From: Clostridia bacterium
GTDB lineage: Bacteria; Bacillota; Clostridia; UMGS1883; UMGS1540
Reading direction: 5' to 3'
Assembly: GCA_045535515.1 (NCBI GenBank)
Contig: JAZSLT010000024.1
Location: forward strand, 28 to 64,027
Length of the DNA: 64,000 nt
The notes under the pieces were generated by a model. The model saw only the letters and a list, made by a program, of their open reading frames with translations, did not search any database and had not been told where the DNA came from. Position 1 is the first letter of the stretch; every line of letters begins with the position of its first letter. The translations under genes were made by a program, and so were the position numbers. Of this stretch, positions 51,656 through 61,347 are shown piece by piece.

Positions 51656-53402
51656 TTCCTAATAGTTTTTTTATTAAATCTTGTCTTCCGGCTTTTACAA
51701 GAGCCGCCCTTGCCGCTTTTCGGTTCTCCGGCTTATAGAGCTGAAGCAGTATTCTTTGCAAATGCTTTTCGGGCTCACTTTTGGCGACATACAAGGTTTC
51801 CCCCGTCAAAGGGTGTATGCCGGTGTAGAACATAGCCGTTGAAAGCGTGCCGGGGGTGGGGTAGAAATCCTGCACCTGCTCGGCGTGGATGTGGTGCTCC
51901 TTCATGTATAGGGCAAGCGTGGCCGCATCGTCTATCGTACAGCCCGGATGGCTTGACATAAAGTAGGGCACCAGATATTGGCGCTCATTTTTTCTTTGAA
52001 ATCTTTCGGCAAAAGCTTCATAAACGGCGGCCTTTGGTTTCCCCATGCAAAAAAGCGTGTTTTCGGCAATATGCTCCGGCGCGATGCGAAGCTGGCCGCT
52101 GATATGATGGCGGCAAAGCTCGTCAAAAAAAGCACTCTTTTTATCCGCCTGCAGATAGTCGTACCGGATTCCGGAACGGATAAACACCTTTTTAATGCCC
52201 GGTATCTTGCGCAGAGCGCGCAGCATTTGCAGATACTTTTCATGCGAAACCCGTAAGTTTTTGCAGGGCGAGGGAAACAGACATTGGCGGTTTTGGCAAA
52301 GGCCGTTTTTCAGCTGTTTTTCACAGGCCGGCTGCATAAAGTTTGCCGTCGGTCCGCCAAGGTCATGGATATACCCTTTAAATCCGGGCATTTTTGATAA
52401 AGTTTTGGCCTCTTCCACAACCGATGCGACGCTCCGGCTTTGCACGATACGCCCCTGATGAAAGGCAAGAGAGCAGAAATTGCAGCTCCCGAAGCACCCG
52501 CGGTTGGCGGTGATACTGAAAAGGATTTCCGAAAGCGCCGGTATCTCCTCCGTATAGGAAGGATGGGCGGCGCGCATATAAGGAAGGGCGTACACCGCAT
52601 CCAGCTCCGTCTCGGAAAGCGGCATACAGGGCGGGTTTTGCACGAGATAGCGGTTATCGTGCTTTTGTACGAGCACCTTTCCGTTTATCGGGTCCTGGTT
52701 TATGTATTGGAGCCTCGCCGCCTCGGCGTAGGCTTTTTTGTTCTCACTAATCTCTGTGAAGGAGGGAAGGTATACGGCATCCGCCGGAGGACTGGCGGTA
52801 AGATAGGCCGTACCCGGTACCCAGGTGATTTCCTCTACCGGAATACCGTTTGCCAGCGCATGTGCCACCTCGCAAATCGGCTTTTCGCCCATGCCGTAAA
52901 TCAGAAGCGGCACGCGGCTGTCAAAGAGAATACTGCGGCGCACCTTATTATCCCAGTAATCATAATGGGCAAAGCGGCGCAGGCTCGGCTCAATACCGCC
53001 GAGAATAATGGGCATGTCCTTGCCAAAGGCGCGCCTTGCAAGATTGGCATATACAATAGAGCATCGGTCCGGTCGGCCGCCGGCCGCACCGCCCGGTGCA
53101 TACGCATCGGTCCGGCGTTTTTTCTTCGCGACGGTATAATTACTGACCATGGAATCGAGATTGCCGCAGGAGAGTAGTACCCCCAGCCTTGGCGGCGGGA
53201 AGGCGGCAAAATCCGCCTCGGTATCAAAACGGGGGCGCGCCAAAATGGCTACGCGAAAGCCCTCCCTTTCCAGTACGCGCGAGATAATGGCGGCACCAAA
53301 GGAGGAATGGTCAATATATGCATCCGCGCTGACAAGGAGAAAATCGTATGTATCCCAGCCGCGTGCGGTGATTTCAGCCGGGGAAATGGGCAGAAACGGC
53401 AT
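51582..53402 (-). CDS. YgiQ (UPF0313) family radical SAM protein
   Basis: DAYIDH.SFG, RGCFGSCNFC, DLGGPTAN and QVQDFYPTP motifs. Confidence 0.92.
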   Translation of the reverse strand: MPFLPISPAEITARGWDTYDFLLVSADAYIDHSSFGAAIISRVLEREGFRVAILARPRFDTEADFAAFPPPRLGVLLSCGNLDSMVSNYTVAKKKRRTDAYAPGGAAGGRPDRCSIVYANLARRAFGKDMPIILGGIEPSLRRFAHYDYWDNKVRRSILFDSRVPLLIYGMGEKPICEVAHALANGIPVEEITWVPGTAYLTASPPADAVYLPSFTEISENKKAYAEAARLQYINQDPINGKVLVQKHDNRYLVQNPPCMPLSETELDAVYALPYMRAAHPSYTEEIPALSEILFSITANRGCFGSCNFCSLAFHQGRIVQSRSVASVVEEAKTLSKMPGFKGYIHDLGGPTANFMQPACEKQLKNGLCQNRQCLFPSPCKNLRVSHEKYLQMLRALRKIPGIKKVFIRSGIRYDYLQADKKSAFFDELCRHHISGQLRIAPEHIAENTLFCMGKPKAAVYEAFAERFQRKNERQYLVPYFMSSHPGCTIDDAATLALYMKEHHIHAEQVQDFYPTPGTLSTAMFYTGIHPLTGETLYVAKSEPEKHLQRILLQLYKPENRKAARAALVKAGRQDLIKKLLGNEDTKHETVRRKKSVTRSKGRPSR

Positions 53403-53416
53403 ATAGCAGAGGCCTC

Positions 53417-53707
53417 CTATTTCGTAATTTCAGCCAGGATATACTCGCCGGCAATAAAACGCACGATGGCGGTGGTGCCATCCCCTATCTGGGGCAAAAG
53501 GGAAGAGGCAGATACGGTACCATCCGCCCGCCTTTCCGCGTTCTGTGCCACAGAGCCGACCTTACCGTAAACGGGAGAGTAGACGGATATGGCAGAGCTA
53601 TCGTAAAGGTTATCCGGCTCGGGGCGAAGCTGCAGCGCGCCGCCGACAGAGAAGGGCAGCATGCCGAAGTAATGCTTCTGGCCGGTTATCGTAACAAAGA
53701 TGGACAA
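53417..53707 (-). CDS. Stand-alone HIRAN domain protein
   Basis: TITGQKHY and L.PEPDNLYDSSAI.V...GKVG motifs. Confidence 0.8.
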   Translation of the reverse strand: MSIFVTITGQKHYFGMLPFSVGGALQLRPEPDNLYDSSAISVYSPVYGKVGSVAQNAERRADGTVSASSLLPQIGDGTTAIVRFIAGEYILAEITK

Positions 53708-53734
53708 GGGAAAGCCCCCTTTTTTTGCAGAATA

Positions 53735-54436
53735 TCAGCCGCCGAGTGCGGCCATGTCAAGCACCGTATACGCAGAAGGAATTTCGTGCATCTCTTTACG
53801 GTGACCGGCAGAAAGCTCTTCTATCTGGTAGGCAAAGGCTTCGCCACCATCTACGCCTTCAATCCCGGCAAGAGAGGAATCGCGGAGATAAAAACGAAGG
53901 GTTCCGCCGGCAGGCGTCTGATACTCGTCAAAGGAAAGGGTTTCCCCCATAAAGGCACCCTCTCCGCTTTTTACAAAGGTAATACCGTCGGCACGGAGGG
54001 CATCACCGGCCATGTTACTGGCAGCAGAAGAAACCTCGGCACCGCTGGTGATGACCATTTTGCTCTGGTGGTCAATCATATAGGTAACGCCATCGCGGAT
54101 GACAGTATTATAGGTTTTCCCGTCCGCGGCCGTTTCCATGGCGATATTGTCTCCATCTACCGAAACAGAGAAGGCGAGAACGCCGCCTTCGTCCTGTACG
54201 CGGGCTTTCATAAAATATTGGTTACTTTTGATAATATTGACAAAGGCCTCAGAGCGGTCGGCACTTTTTTCTGTGTTTTCCGCATTGGTACTATTCTGCG
54301 GGTGCGAGGCCGCATCCTCTTTTATTTCTGCCGCCGGTGTGTTTTCGGCGGTGCCGCCGGACTCCTTACCCGGTGCAGGGGCGCAGCCGGAAAGCAAAAG
54401 GGCAAAAAGCATGAGGGACGCAATTATTTTTTTCAT
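53735..54436 (-). CDS. Hypothetical lipoprotein
   Basis: MKK signal peptide with lipobox LSGC and a low-complexity linker. Confidence 0.8.
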   Translation of the reverse strand: MKKIIASLMLFALLLSGCAPAPGKESGGTAENTPAAEIKEDAASHPQNSTNAENTEKSADRSEAFVNIIKSNQYFMKARVQDEGGVLAFSVSVDGDNIAMETAADGKTYNTVIRDGVTYMIDHQSKMVITSGAEVSSAASNMAGDALRADGITFVKSGEGAFMGETLSFDEYQTPAGGTLRFYLRDSSLAGIEGVDGGEAFAYQIEELSAGHRKEMHEIPSAYTVLDMAALGG

Positions 54437-54647
54437 AAAATCCGCTCCTTTTTTCAGATGAATTTACATATAGTATAGCATTTTTCGCCCCCGAATACAA
54501 TAGAAAGCCTCCATTTTTGCGAATTTTTGCAAAAATCGCCGGGGGAAGCGGCGGATGGTAAAAACATTTGCTAAAACTATTGATTTTTCCGCCCGGAAGA
54601 GGTAGAATACAAGAGGAAGAAAAATCTGAGTAAGACGGAGAAAAAAT

Positions 54648-55352
54648 ATGCGAATCAATAAATTTATTGCCGCCGCAGGCATATGCTCCCGCCGAAATGC
54701 CGATATGCTGATTTTAGATGGCCGTGTGACGGTAAACGGCTCTCTCGTAAAAGAGCCGGGGATGGATATAAGAGAGCAGGATGTCGTTTTGGTGGACGGA
54801 GAAAGAATAGGCAGTGCGACGAAAAAGTATTACATCGCCCTCCATAAGCCGGACGGCTATGTGACGACAACGGACGACCCCTTCGGGCGGCCGACGGTGA
54901 TGGAGCTGCTGGGCGATATAGACGCCCGCCTTTTTCCCGTCGGGCGGCTGGATTATCATACGGAAGGCCTTTTGCTCTTGACAAATGACGGCGATTTTGC
55001 CAACGCCGTCACACACCCGCGTAATGAAATTTATAAGACCTATATTGCCCGGGTAAGCGGCTTTCCCACACTGGCAAAGCTCGGCAGGCTGCAGCGCGGC
55101 ATACAGCTGGAGGACGGGAAAACGGCCCCTTGTAAGGCCATGGTAATCCGGCAGGAGCCGGACGGCGTAGAGATTTCCATCTCGATAAGAGAGGGGCGAA
55201 ACCGGCAGGTACGCCGTATGATGGAGGCTATCGGGCACAAGGTTTTGCATCTTAGACGCATCTCTGTCGGCAACATACAGCTCGGGCATCTGCCGAAAGG
55301 AAAGTGGCGGCATCTGACGCCGCGAGAAATTGAAGGAATAAAGGGAAGATAA
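54648..55352 (+). CDS. RsuA/RluB-family rRNA pseudouridine synthase
   Basis: S4 domain; PVGRLD..TEGLLLLTNDG and EGRNRQVRRM motifs. Confidence 0.93.
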   Translation: MRINKFIAAAGICSRRNADMLILDGRVTVNGSLVKEPGMDIREQDVVLVDGERIGSATKKYYIALHKPDGYVTTTDDPFGRPTVMELLGDIDARLFPVGRLDYHTEGLLLLTNDGDFANAVTHPRNEIYKTYIARVSGFPTLAKLGRLQRGIQLEDGKTAPCKAMVIRQEPDGVEISISIREGRNRQVRRMMEAIGHKVLHLRRISVGNIQLGHLPKGKWRHLTPREIEGIKGR

Positions 55353-56680
55353 TGGTGGATTATTTAGTTATACTTTTCGCAAAGGTGATAGGCGCATTTT
55401 GCAGCCTTTTAGGTGGCGGAACGAATTTGCCGGGACAGCTCGCCCTTAAAATGCGCCCCGGTATCTTAAAAAGGCTGGTGAGAGGGTACCATGTTATTCT
55501 GGTAACCGGAACAAACGGGAAAACCACCACCACGGCCATGCTGCAGAATATACTGAAAAAGACGGGGAAGCGCGCGATAAACAGTACCAGCGGCGCCAAT
55601 ATGAAGGGCGGCGTGGTGTCCTGCCTTATCCGGAACTTTCCGCTATGCGGCAGGGTAGACGGCGATTATGCTGTGCTGGAGGTGGATGAGGCGTATATGC
55701 GCTATATTACGGCCGATATCGAGCCGGAGGTTATTGCCATTACCAATATTTTCCGCGACCAGATGGACCGCTATGGTGAGGCATCCAAAACGCTTGCGCT
55801 GATTGAGGAGGCCTGCCAAAAGGCACCCGGCGCCACCCTCGTTTTAAATGCCGACGAGCCGCTTTTAGGAAGCTTTCTGCCGCAGCACAAGCGGTTTTTC
55901 TATGGGTTTTCGGTTTCCCCGAACGCGGAGAAAAGGGAGGAGGCCGGGGGAGGCTTTTGCAAGCGGTGCAAGGTGCCGTTTTCCTATGACTTTACAACCT
56001 TCGGGCAAATGGGTGCATACCGCTGTCCTGTATGCGGCTTTGCAAGACCCGAGCTCGGGCTTGCCACATCGGAAATTCTCGAAATTTCGGCGGATTCTTC
56101 CACGGTGCGTATGGGGGATATGACGGTGCATATTCCGCAGGCCGGGGCGTATAACATTTACAATGCGCTTTGCGCCGCGGCATGCGCCAAGAGCGTGGGC
56201 GTTACCTCTTCTTTCATAGAGGAGGGTATCCGCGAGCAGAAGAGCCGGTTCGGGCGGCAGGAAACCGTACAGGTCGAAAACGCCGAGGTCCGGATTATTC
56301 TGATTAAAAATCCTGCCGGCGCGCGGGAGGCCATCTCCTCCGTTTTGCCGGATACGGAGGAAGTGCGCGTGGGCGTCCTTTTAAATGATAATGTGGGCGA
56401 TGGAACGGATGTTTCGTGGATTTATGATGTGGATTTCGGGAGATTGTCCAAAATGCGGGTGGCTGAGTTTCTGGCCGGCGGCACACGCGCTTATGATATG
56501 GCGGTGCGGCTTGAAACAGAGGGTTTTCAAAATATCTCGGTGTATACGGGGTACGACGAGCTGGTGTCGGCCCTTTGCCATATCCGGGGCAGGGTGTATC
56601 TGTTTGTCACTTATTCGGCCATGATTGGCCTAAGACGCCAGCTCCATCGGAAAAAGTACATCCAAAAGCTTTGGTTTTAG
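55352..56680 (+). CDS. murT: MurT-like Mur ligase (DUF1727)
   Basis: TGTNGKTTT, NIFRDQMDRYGE, Cys4 finger, IKNPAG and DGTDVSWIYD motifs. Confidence 0.85.
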   Translation: MVDYLVILFAKVIGAFCSLLGGGTNLPGQLALKMRPGILKRLVRGYHVILVTGTNGKTTTTAMLQNILKKTGKRAINSTSGANMKGGVVSCLIRNFPLCGRVDGDYAVLEVDEAYMRYITADIEPEVIAITNIFRDQMDRYGEASKTLALIEEACQKAPGATLVLNADEPLLGSFLPQHKRFFYGFSVSPNAEKREEAGGGFCKRCKVPFSYDFTTFGQMGAYRCPVCGFARPELGLATSEILEISADSSTVRMGDMTVHIPQAGAYNIYNALCAAACAKSVGVTSSFIEEGIREQKSRFGRQETVQVENAEVRIILIKNPAGAREAISSVLPDTEEVRVGVLLNDNVGDGTDVSWIYDVDFGRLSKMRVAEFLAGGTRAYDMAVRLETEGFQNISVYTGYDELVSALCHIRGRVYLFVTYSAMIGLRRQLHRKKYIQKLWF

Positions 56681-56724
56681 CATAAATTTATAAATACGGC
56701 ACAAAATAACACCGAGGTGATAAA

Positions 56725-57153
56725 ATGCTCGGTGTTATTTTTTCTGTGATTGCCGGTGCGGCCATGAGTTTTCAGGGCGTTATGAACACGCGCCTGTCGG
56801 AGAAGGCCGGCCTTCTGGAGGCCAATGCCTTTGTGCAGGGAACGGCTTTTATTCTTTCCCTTATTGCGATGCTTCTGTTTGGAAATGGAAGCTTTCGCGC
56901 TATCTGGGAAACGGATAAGCTGTATCTGGCCGGCGGCATACTGGGGCTTGTCATTACCATAACCGTTATGCTGGCCATAAAAAATCTAAGTCCTACGGTG
57001 GCCATTTCCATCATCTTAATTGCCCAGCTTTTGGTCGCGGCCGGGATAGATGCTTTTGGCCTTTTGGGAAGCGAAAGCACGGCCTTTACGCTGCCCAAAT
57101 ACATGGGGATTTTACTGATGATTGCAGGCGTTTTGGTGTTTAAGCTCGTATAA
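56725..57153 (+). CDS. DMT (YdcZ-type) membrane transporter
   Basis: Q...N.RL, GGILG and QL....IDAFG motifs; hydrophobic. Confidence 0.82.
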   Translation: MLGVIFSVIAGAAMSFQGVMNTRLSEKAGLLEANAFVQGTAFILSLIAMLLFGNGSFRAIWETDKLYLAGGILGLVITITVMLAIKNLSPTVAISIILIAQLLVAAGIDAFGLLGSESTAFTLPKYMGILLMIAGVLVFKLV

Positions 57154-57154
57154 T

Positions 57155-58087
57155 TTACCACGCGGTGGTCAAGGCTACATCGGTGTAATAGGTGGTCAGG
57201 ATATCCCGGTAGCTGCTGCCGTTTTCTGCCATAAAATTTGCGCCGTACTGCGAAAGCCCCACGCCGTGTCCGCTTCCCTTCACATGGAAAATGAAGCTTT
57301 CGGGCGTTTCTTCTATTTCAAAGTTTGCAGAGCGGAGGTCAAAGTGCGCGCGGATATCGGTGCCGCGAAATGCGGTGCCGCCTAAAGTGATGGTTTGCAC
57401 GGCTCCACCTTCACTTCTTGTATAGTCCCCGACCGTAGCTTCGGAAATGCCAAGCGTCGCACAAATCTCGGTTTTGGGAATCTCGGCGGTGGTAAGAAAC
57501 CGCGGGGAAGAGGCATCGCCCGCGCTCTCCACGCTTTTAAGATATGGGAGCGCACCGCCCCACACATCGGCAGAGTTTTCCGTTCGTCCGCCGGCTGCTG
57601 AATGAAAAACGGCCACAATCGGTTCGTCGTCGTAGGTGACGATTTCGCCCTCTGTATCCCTGACCGCGGCAGCGATTTTTTCATAATATGTGGCATACCA
57701 GTCCTCGCCCATTTCCGTATGTAGAGCCTCATCGGAAAGCCATGCCTTACAATGCGTGCTGTCGGTACAGACAGCAGCCTCAGGATGGTCGGCATTTTCC
57801 TCGTCGCTCGTCATGCGGTTGTAAATATAGGTGCGGGCCGCTACGGCCTGTGCTTTCAGCGCTTCCTCGTGAAAGGAAGCCGGCATTTCGGCGGCGACAA
57901 CGCCTATAAGATACGCCTCAAGCTGCATTTTAGCAAGGCTTTTTGTATCCGCACGCCAAACAGACACAAGGGGAGAAGAATGGCGGCCTCCTGTATTCTT
58001 TGGGGACAAAAGACAGAGGGACAAAAAAGTGGGAAGTAGAATTAAAAGACAAAAAAGGAGCAGTATAAACAGTAAAATTCTTTTCAA
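57155..58087 (-). CDS. spoIID: Stage II sporulation protein D
   Basis: GVVAAEMPASF, EALKAQAVAARTY, HCKAW and GHGVGLSQYGA motifs. Confidence 0.93.
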   Translation of the reverse strand: MKRILLFILLLFCLLILLPTFLSLCLLSPKNTGGRHSSPLVSVWRADTKSLAKMQLEAYLIGVVAAEMPASFHEEALKAQAVAARTYIYNRMTSDEENADHPEAAVCTDSTHCKAWLSDEALHTEMGEDWYATYYEKIAAAVRDTEGEIVTYDDEPIVAVFHSAAGGRTENSADVWGGALPYLKSVESAGDASSPRFLTTAEIPKTEICATLGISEATVGDYTRSEGGAVQTITLGGTAFRGTDIRAHFDLRSANFEIEETPESFIFHVKGSGHGVGLSQYGANFMAENGSSYRDILTTYYTDVALTTAW

Positions 58088-58156
58088 AAAGCTCGTCCTC
58101 CATACTGGTTTATTAAAACCTATGCAAGGGACGAGCTTTCTATGCTTTTTTTCTGT

Positions 58157-60622
58157 TTAAGCAGCGGTATCTACGGTAATCGTTTGCAAAACACTTTCCG
58201 TAATCGGCGTGAAGGAAGGCTCCGCTATAAGGTCTTCATCCGGGACGGCGGCAATGACCTCTGTGTGTACATCGCAGGTTTCCGGCACAGTTTCATTCGC
58301 GGAGGCTGGGGGCGCCGCCTCTATATGCGTTGCCGGACAAAAGGCAGAGGCACGCATATTCGTTTCATCGCAAACCTTAACCGAGCTGTGGGCGGTGCAG
58401 ATGGTACCGGAGATATAGCTTTCCGCATCCTCCGCAGAAGCATCCGATGGCAGATTATCCAGTGTGCCAAGCGCCGAAACCTCGCGTGTATCTGGGCAAG
58501 CCGTTGTAGCCAACAAATTTGTTTGTGTGCAAACGACAAAAGTTTTATGCACACGACAGTAGGTGGTGGGAATTTGGTTTTCGCCGAGATACACATAGGA
58601 AACCTGACTGCCGCGGATATCCTTAAAGCAGGCGGATGTTGCAAGTGTTCCGCTTTCCTTGCAAATGGCCGTTGTTTTCATGCCACTGGGAAGGGAAAAG
58701 GTTTTGCCTTCTTTACCCTCATGAATTTCGTTCATGATTTCTCGCCATAGGGGAATGGCGGGATTATATCCGATGGCACCGAGGGATTTCGGCTGGTCAT
58801 AGCCGAACCAGACGGCTGTTACATAATAGGGGGTGTATCCGATAAACCAGCGGTCGTTGTCGTTTGTGGTGGTGCCGGTCTTGCCCGCCACGGGAATCCG
58901 GCTGTTATCCAGATAAGCTGCACTTCCTGTGCCGTAACGGACCACACCTTGTAAAAGCTGCGTCATTTGGTAGGCGGAAGGCTCGCTCATGGCAATTTTT
59001 ACATCCTCGCTTTTTTGTTCCAAAAGCACCTCGCCATCGTAGCTTTCTACCCTGGTGTAGGTAGTGGGCGGGGTATACAACCCTTTGCTCACAAACGGAA
59101 CATACGCGGCACACATTTCTGCCACGGAGACGCCATCCGTAAGGCCGCCGAGAGCCAGAGCGGGATATACCTTGTCCGTGTATACCTTGCCATCGCGCGT
59201 TTCGTTTTCTACAAGACTGGTAATGCCTAAGTTTTTCTGCAGGAAATCAAAGGAAGCGTCTACGGTGATTTTATCTAAAACCTTCACCGCAACGGTGTTG
59301 AGAGAACGCGCAACCGCTGCACTTATAGAAACAGGACCTGAGAAACCACCGCCGGCATTTCGGGGGGACCAGCCATCAATGGTGATGGGACCATCCACCA
59401 CGATTGAGTTGGGGTTTATATGACCATATTCAATAGCCGGTGCGTACACGGCAATAGGCTTTATGGTGGAACCCGGTTGCCGCAGCGTATCCGTCGCACG
59501 ATTTAAGGTGCGGCTGCCTATCTTTTCACCGCGGCCGCCGACAAGACCGGCAATTCCGCCGGTTTCAGGATTAATAACCACAGCGGCGCTTTCCGGCTGC
59601 ACTTCGCCCGATGTTTTGGGAAAGTTTTCTTCGTTCGTATAAATTTCTTCCAAGGCTGTTTGCACCTTTATATCTGCGGTGGTATAGATTTTTAATCCAC
59701 CGGAATATATCATTTTAAGCGCTACTTGTTTTGCATAGCCCTTTTCCTTCTGCAAATCCTCCAGGACCTCTTCAATAACGGCATCCACAAAATAGGAATT
59801 GCTGGAAATTATAGAAGCTGTAGCATCCTTTTGCACAAAAACAAGCTTTTCCGAAACGGCTTTTTCGTATTCCGCCTCCGTAATTTTCCCGAGCGCAAGC
59901 ATTTTTTCCAAAACGATTTCCTGCTTTTCCTTATTATTACGGGGGTTTACAATCGGGTCATACCGAGAAGGATACTGTGTAATACCGGCGATGGAGGCAC
60001 ATTCTGCCAGCGTCAGTTCACTGACATCCTTGCCAAAATACAAATTGGCGGCTGCCTGTACGCCGTTACATTGCTGACTTAAATAAATGGTGTTAAGATA
60101 CAGCTCCAAGATTTCTTCTTTGGAAAACTTTTTCTCCAGCTGTACCGCGCGGTAAATCTCTTGAATTTTCCGTTCTATAGTGACTTCATCATCACCGGTC
60201 AGGTTTTTGACGAGCTGCTGGGTGATGGTGCTGGCTCCGTAGCTGTAGCCGCCTTTTTTAACCATATTCAGGGCCGCACCCAAGATGCGCTTCACATCAA
60301 ACCCGCCATGCCTGAAAAATCGTTCATCTTCAATAGAAACGAAGGCATCTTTCATATACTGCGGGATTTGTTCATACGGAACCCAGATGCGATTTTCATC
60401 ATCGTACAGCCTGTCCATTTCCCGCGTTTCGCCACTTTCTGGGTCGGTGTAATATACAAAGGTTGTAAAATCCAGATGCAGATTATCAAGGTCAAAATCA
60501 TCTGCTCTGGAAATACAGCCGAATATGGAACCGCAGATAATGCCAAGAAGTATTACCGATAACACCACAATAGCGATTACAAAATATCGGGTGAAGGTTT
60601 TTTTGGCGAATTGTATTTTCAA
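58157..60622 (-). CDS. Class A penicillin-binding protein (PBP1A family)
   Basis: EDERF, GASTITQQLVKN, RKIQE, STIK, SLN and KTGT motifs; Cys/His-rich tail; TTG start after GGAGG. Confidence 0.93.
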   Translation of the reverse strand: MKIQFAKKTFTRYFVIAIVVLSVILLGIICGSIFGCISRADDFDLDNLHLDFTTFVYYTDPESGETREMDRLYDDENRIWVPYEQIPQYMKDAFVSIEDERFFRHGGFDVKRILGAALNMVKKGGYSYGASTITQQLVKNLTGDDEVTIERKIQEIYRAVQLEKKFSKEEILELYLNTIYLSQQCNGVQAAANLYFGKDVSELTLAECASIAGITQYPSRYDPIVNPRNNKEKQEIVLEKMLALGKITEAEYEKAVSEKLVFVQKDATASIISSNSYFVDAVIEEVLEDLQKEKGYAKQVALKMIYSGGLKIYTTADIKVQTALEEIYTNEENFPKTSGEVQPESAAVVINPETGGIAGLVGGRGEKIGSRTLNRATDTLRQPGSTIKPIAVYAPAIEYGHINPNSIVVDGPITIDGWSPRNAGGGFSGPVSISAAVARSLNTVAVKVLDKITVDASFDFLQKNLGITSLVENETRDGKVYTDKVYPALALGGLTDGVSVAEMCAAYVPFVSKGLYTPPTTYTRVESYDGEVLLEQKSEDVKIAMSEPSAYQMTQLLQGVVRYGTGSAAYLDNSRIPVAGKTGTTTNDNDRWFIGYTPYYVTAVWFGYDQPKSLGAIGYNPAIPLWREIMNEIHEGKEGKTFSLPSGMKTTAICKESGTLATSACFKDIRGSQVSYVYLGENQIPTTYCRVHKTFVVCTQTNLLATTACPDTREVSALGTLDNLPSDASAEDAESYISGTICTAHSSVKVCDETNMRASAFCPATHIEAAPPASANETVPETCDVHTEVIAAVPDEDLIAEPSFTPITESVLQTITVDTAA

Positions 60623-60745
60623 CAGGAACACCTCCTCGTATCCCTTTTAGTATAAACACAAACCATTAAAAAAGTATTACAAAAATGGATTTTTTGGAAT
60701 AAACATGCGAAAAGGAGGCATACTGAGAAAAAAGGAGGAATTTCT

Positions 60746-61141
60746 ATGCACCGCAAACAGATTGCTTTGTGCGTTCTTTTTACGGCTCTCGGCTTTGGTG
60801 GCGGATTGGCGGTGGGCTTTTTGCGCACAGACCAGCCGCAGGTTGTCACAATGGCTGCACCGGGACAGGGGGTAGCCCCCGGTGTCTCGGCAACACAGAC
60901 GCCGCAAACACCCCAGCCAACCGCCGTACAAAAGGAGGAAGAGGAGAAATACTTATTGATGTTGTCTGGGGAAACGATATGTATATATGCGCTTTTGCCG
61001 GATGGCAAGACAGAGCTTTTGCAAAAAACGGAGGTGGATACCGGCCAGCTCCGGCAGGAGGACTATGAGAGCCTATGCCGGGGAATGACCATAGAAAGCC
61101 TCGAAAAGGCCAAAAGTTTGTGTGAGGATTTTGGCAGCTGA
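60746..61141 (+). CDS. BofC C-terminal-like secreted or membrane protein
   Basis: Signal or transmembrane segment, KYLL...G.I.IY, L..G..I......L.EDF.S end; SigF/G-like GAATA...GGCATACTG at 60697-60725. Confidence 0.6.
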   Translation: MHRKQIALCVLFTALGFGGGLAVGFLRTDQPQVVTMAAPGQGVAPGVSATQTPQTPQPTAVQKEEEEKYLLMLSGETICIYALLPDGKTELLQKTEVDTGQLRQEDYESLCRGMTIESLEKAKSLCEDFGS

Positions 61142-61148
61142 TACAAAA

Positions 61149-61217
61149 AACGCCGCGGAAATTTAAAAAAACCCGCGGCGTTGTTTGCGTTTATAATGTC
61201 TGCGGTGGACAGACATT
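61149..61217 (+). terminator. Two tandem hairpins
   Basis: AACGCCGCGG/CCGCGGCGTT and AATGTCTG/CAGACATT, each followed by a T-rich tract. Confidence 0.55.
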
Positions 61218-61347
61218 TGTTTTTGTACATCGCACATGGACTTTTGAGGAATTAGGGGAGAAATAACGAAAAAATACGAAAAATGTGTTGCATTTTCGCC
61301 GGAAATATAGTATTATATAATGAAAATAATAAAGTAGAGGTGTACAT

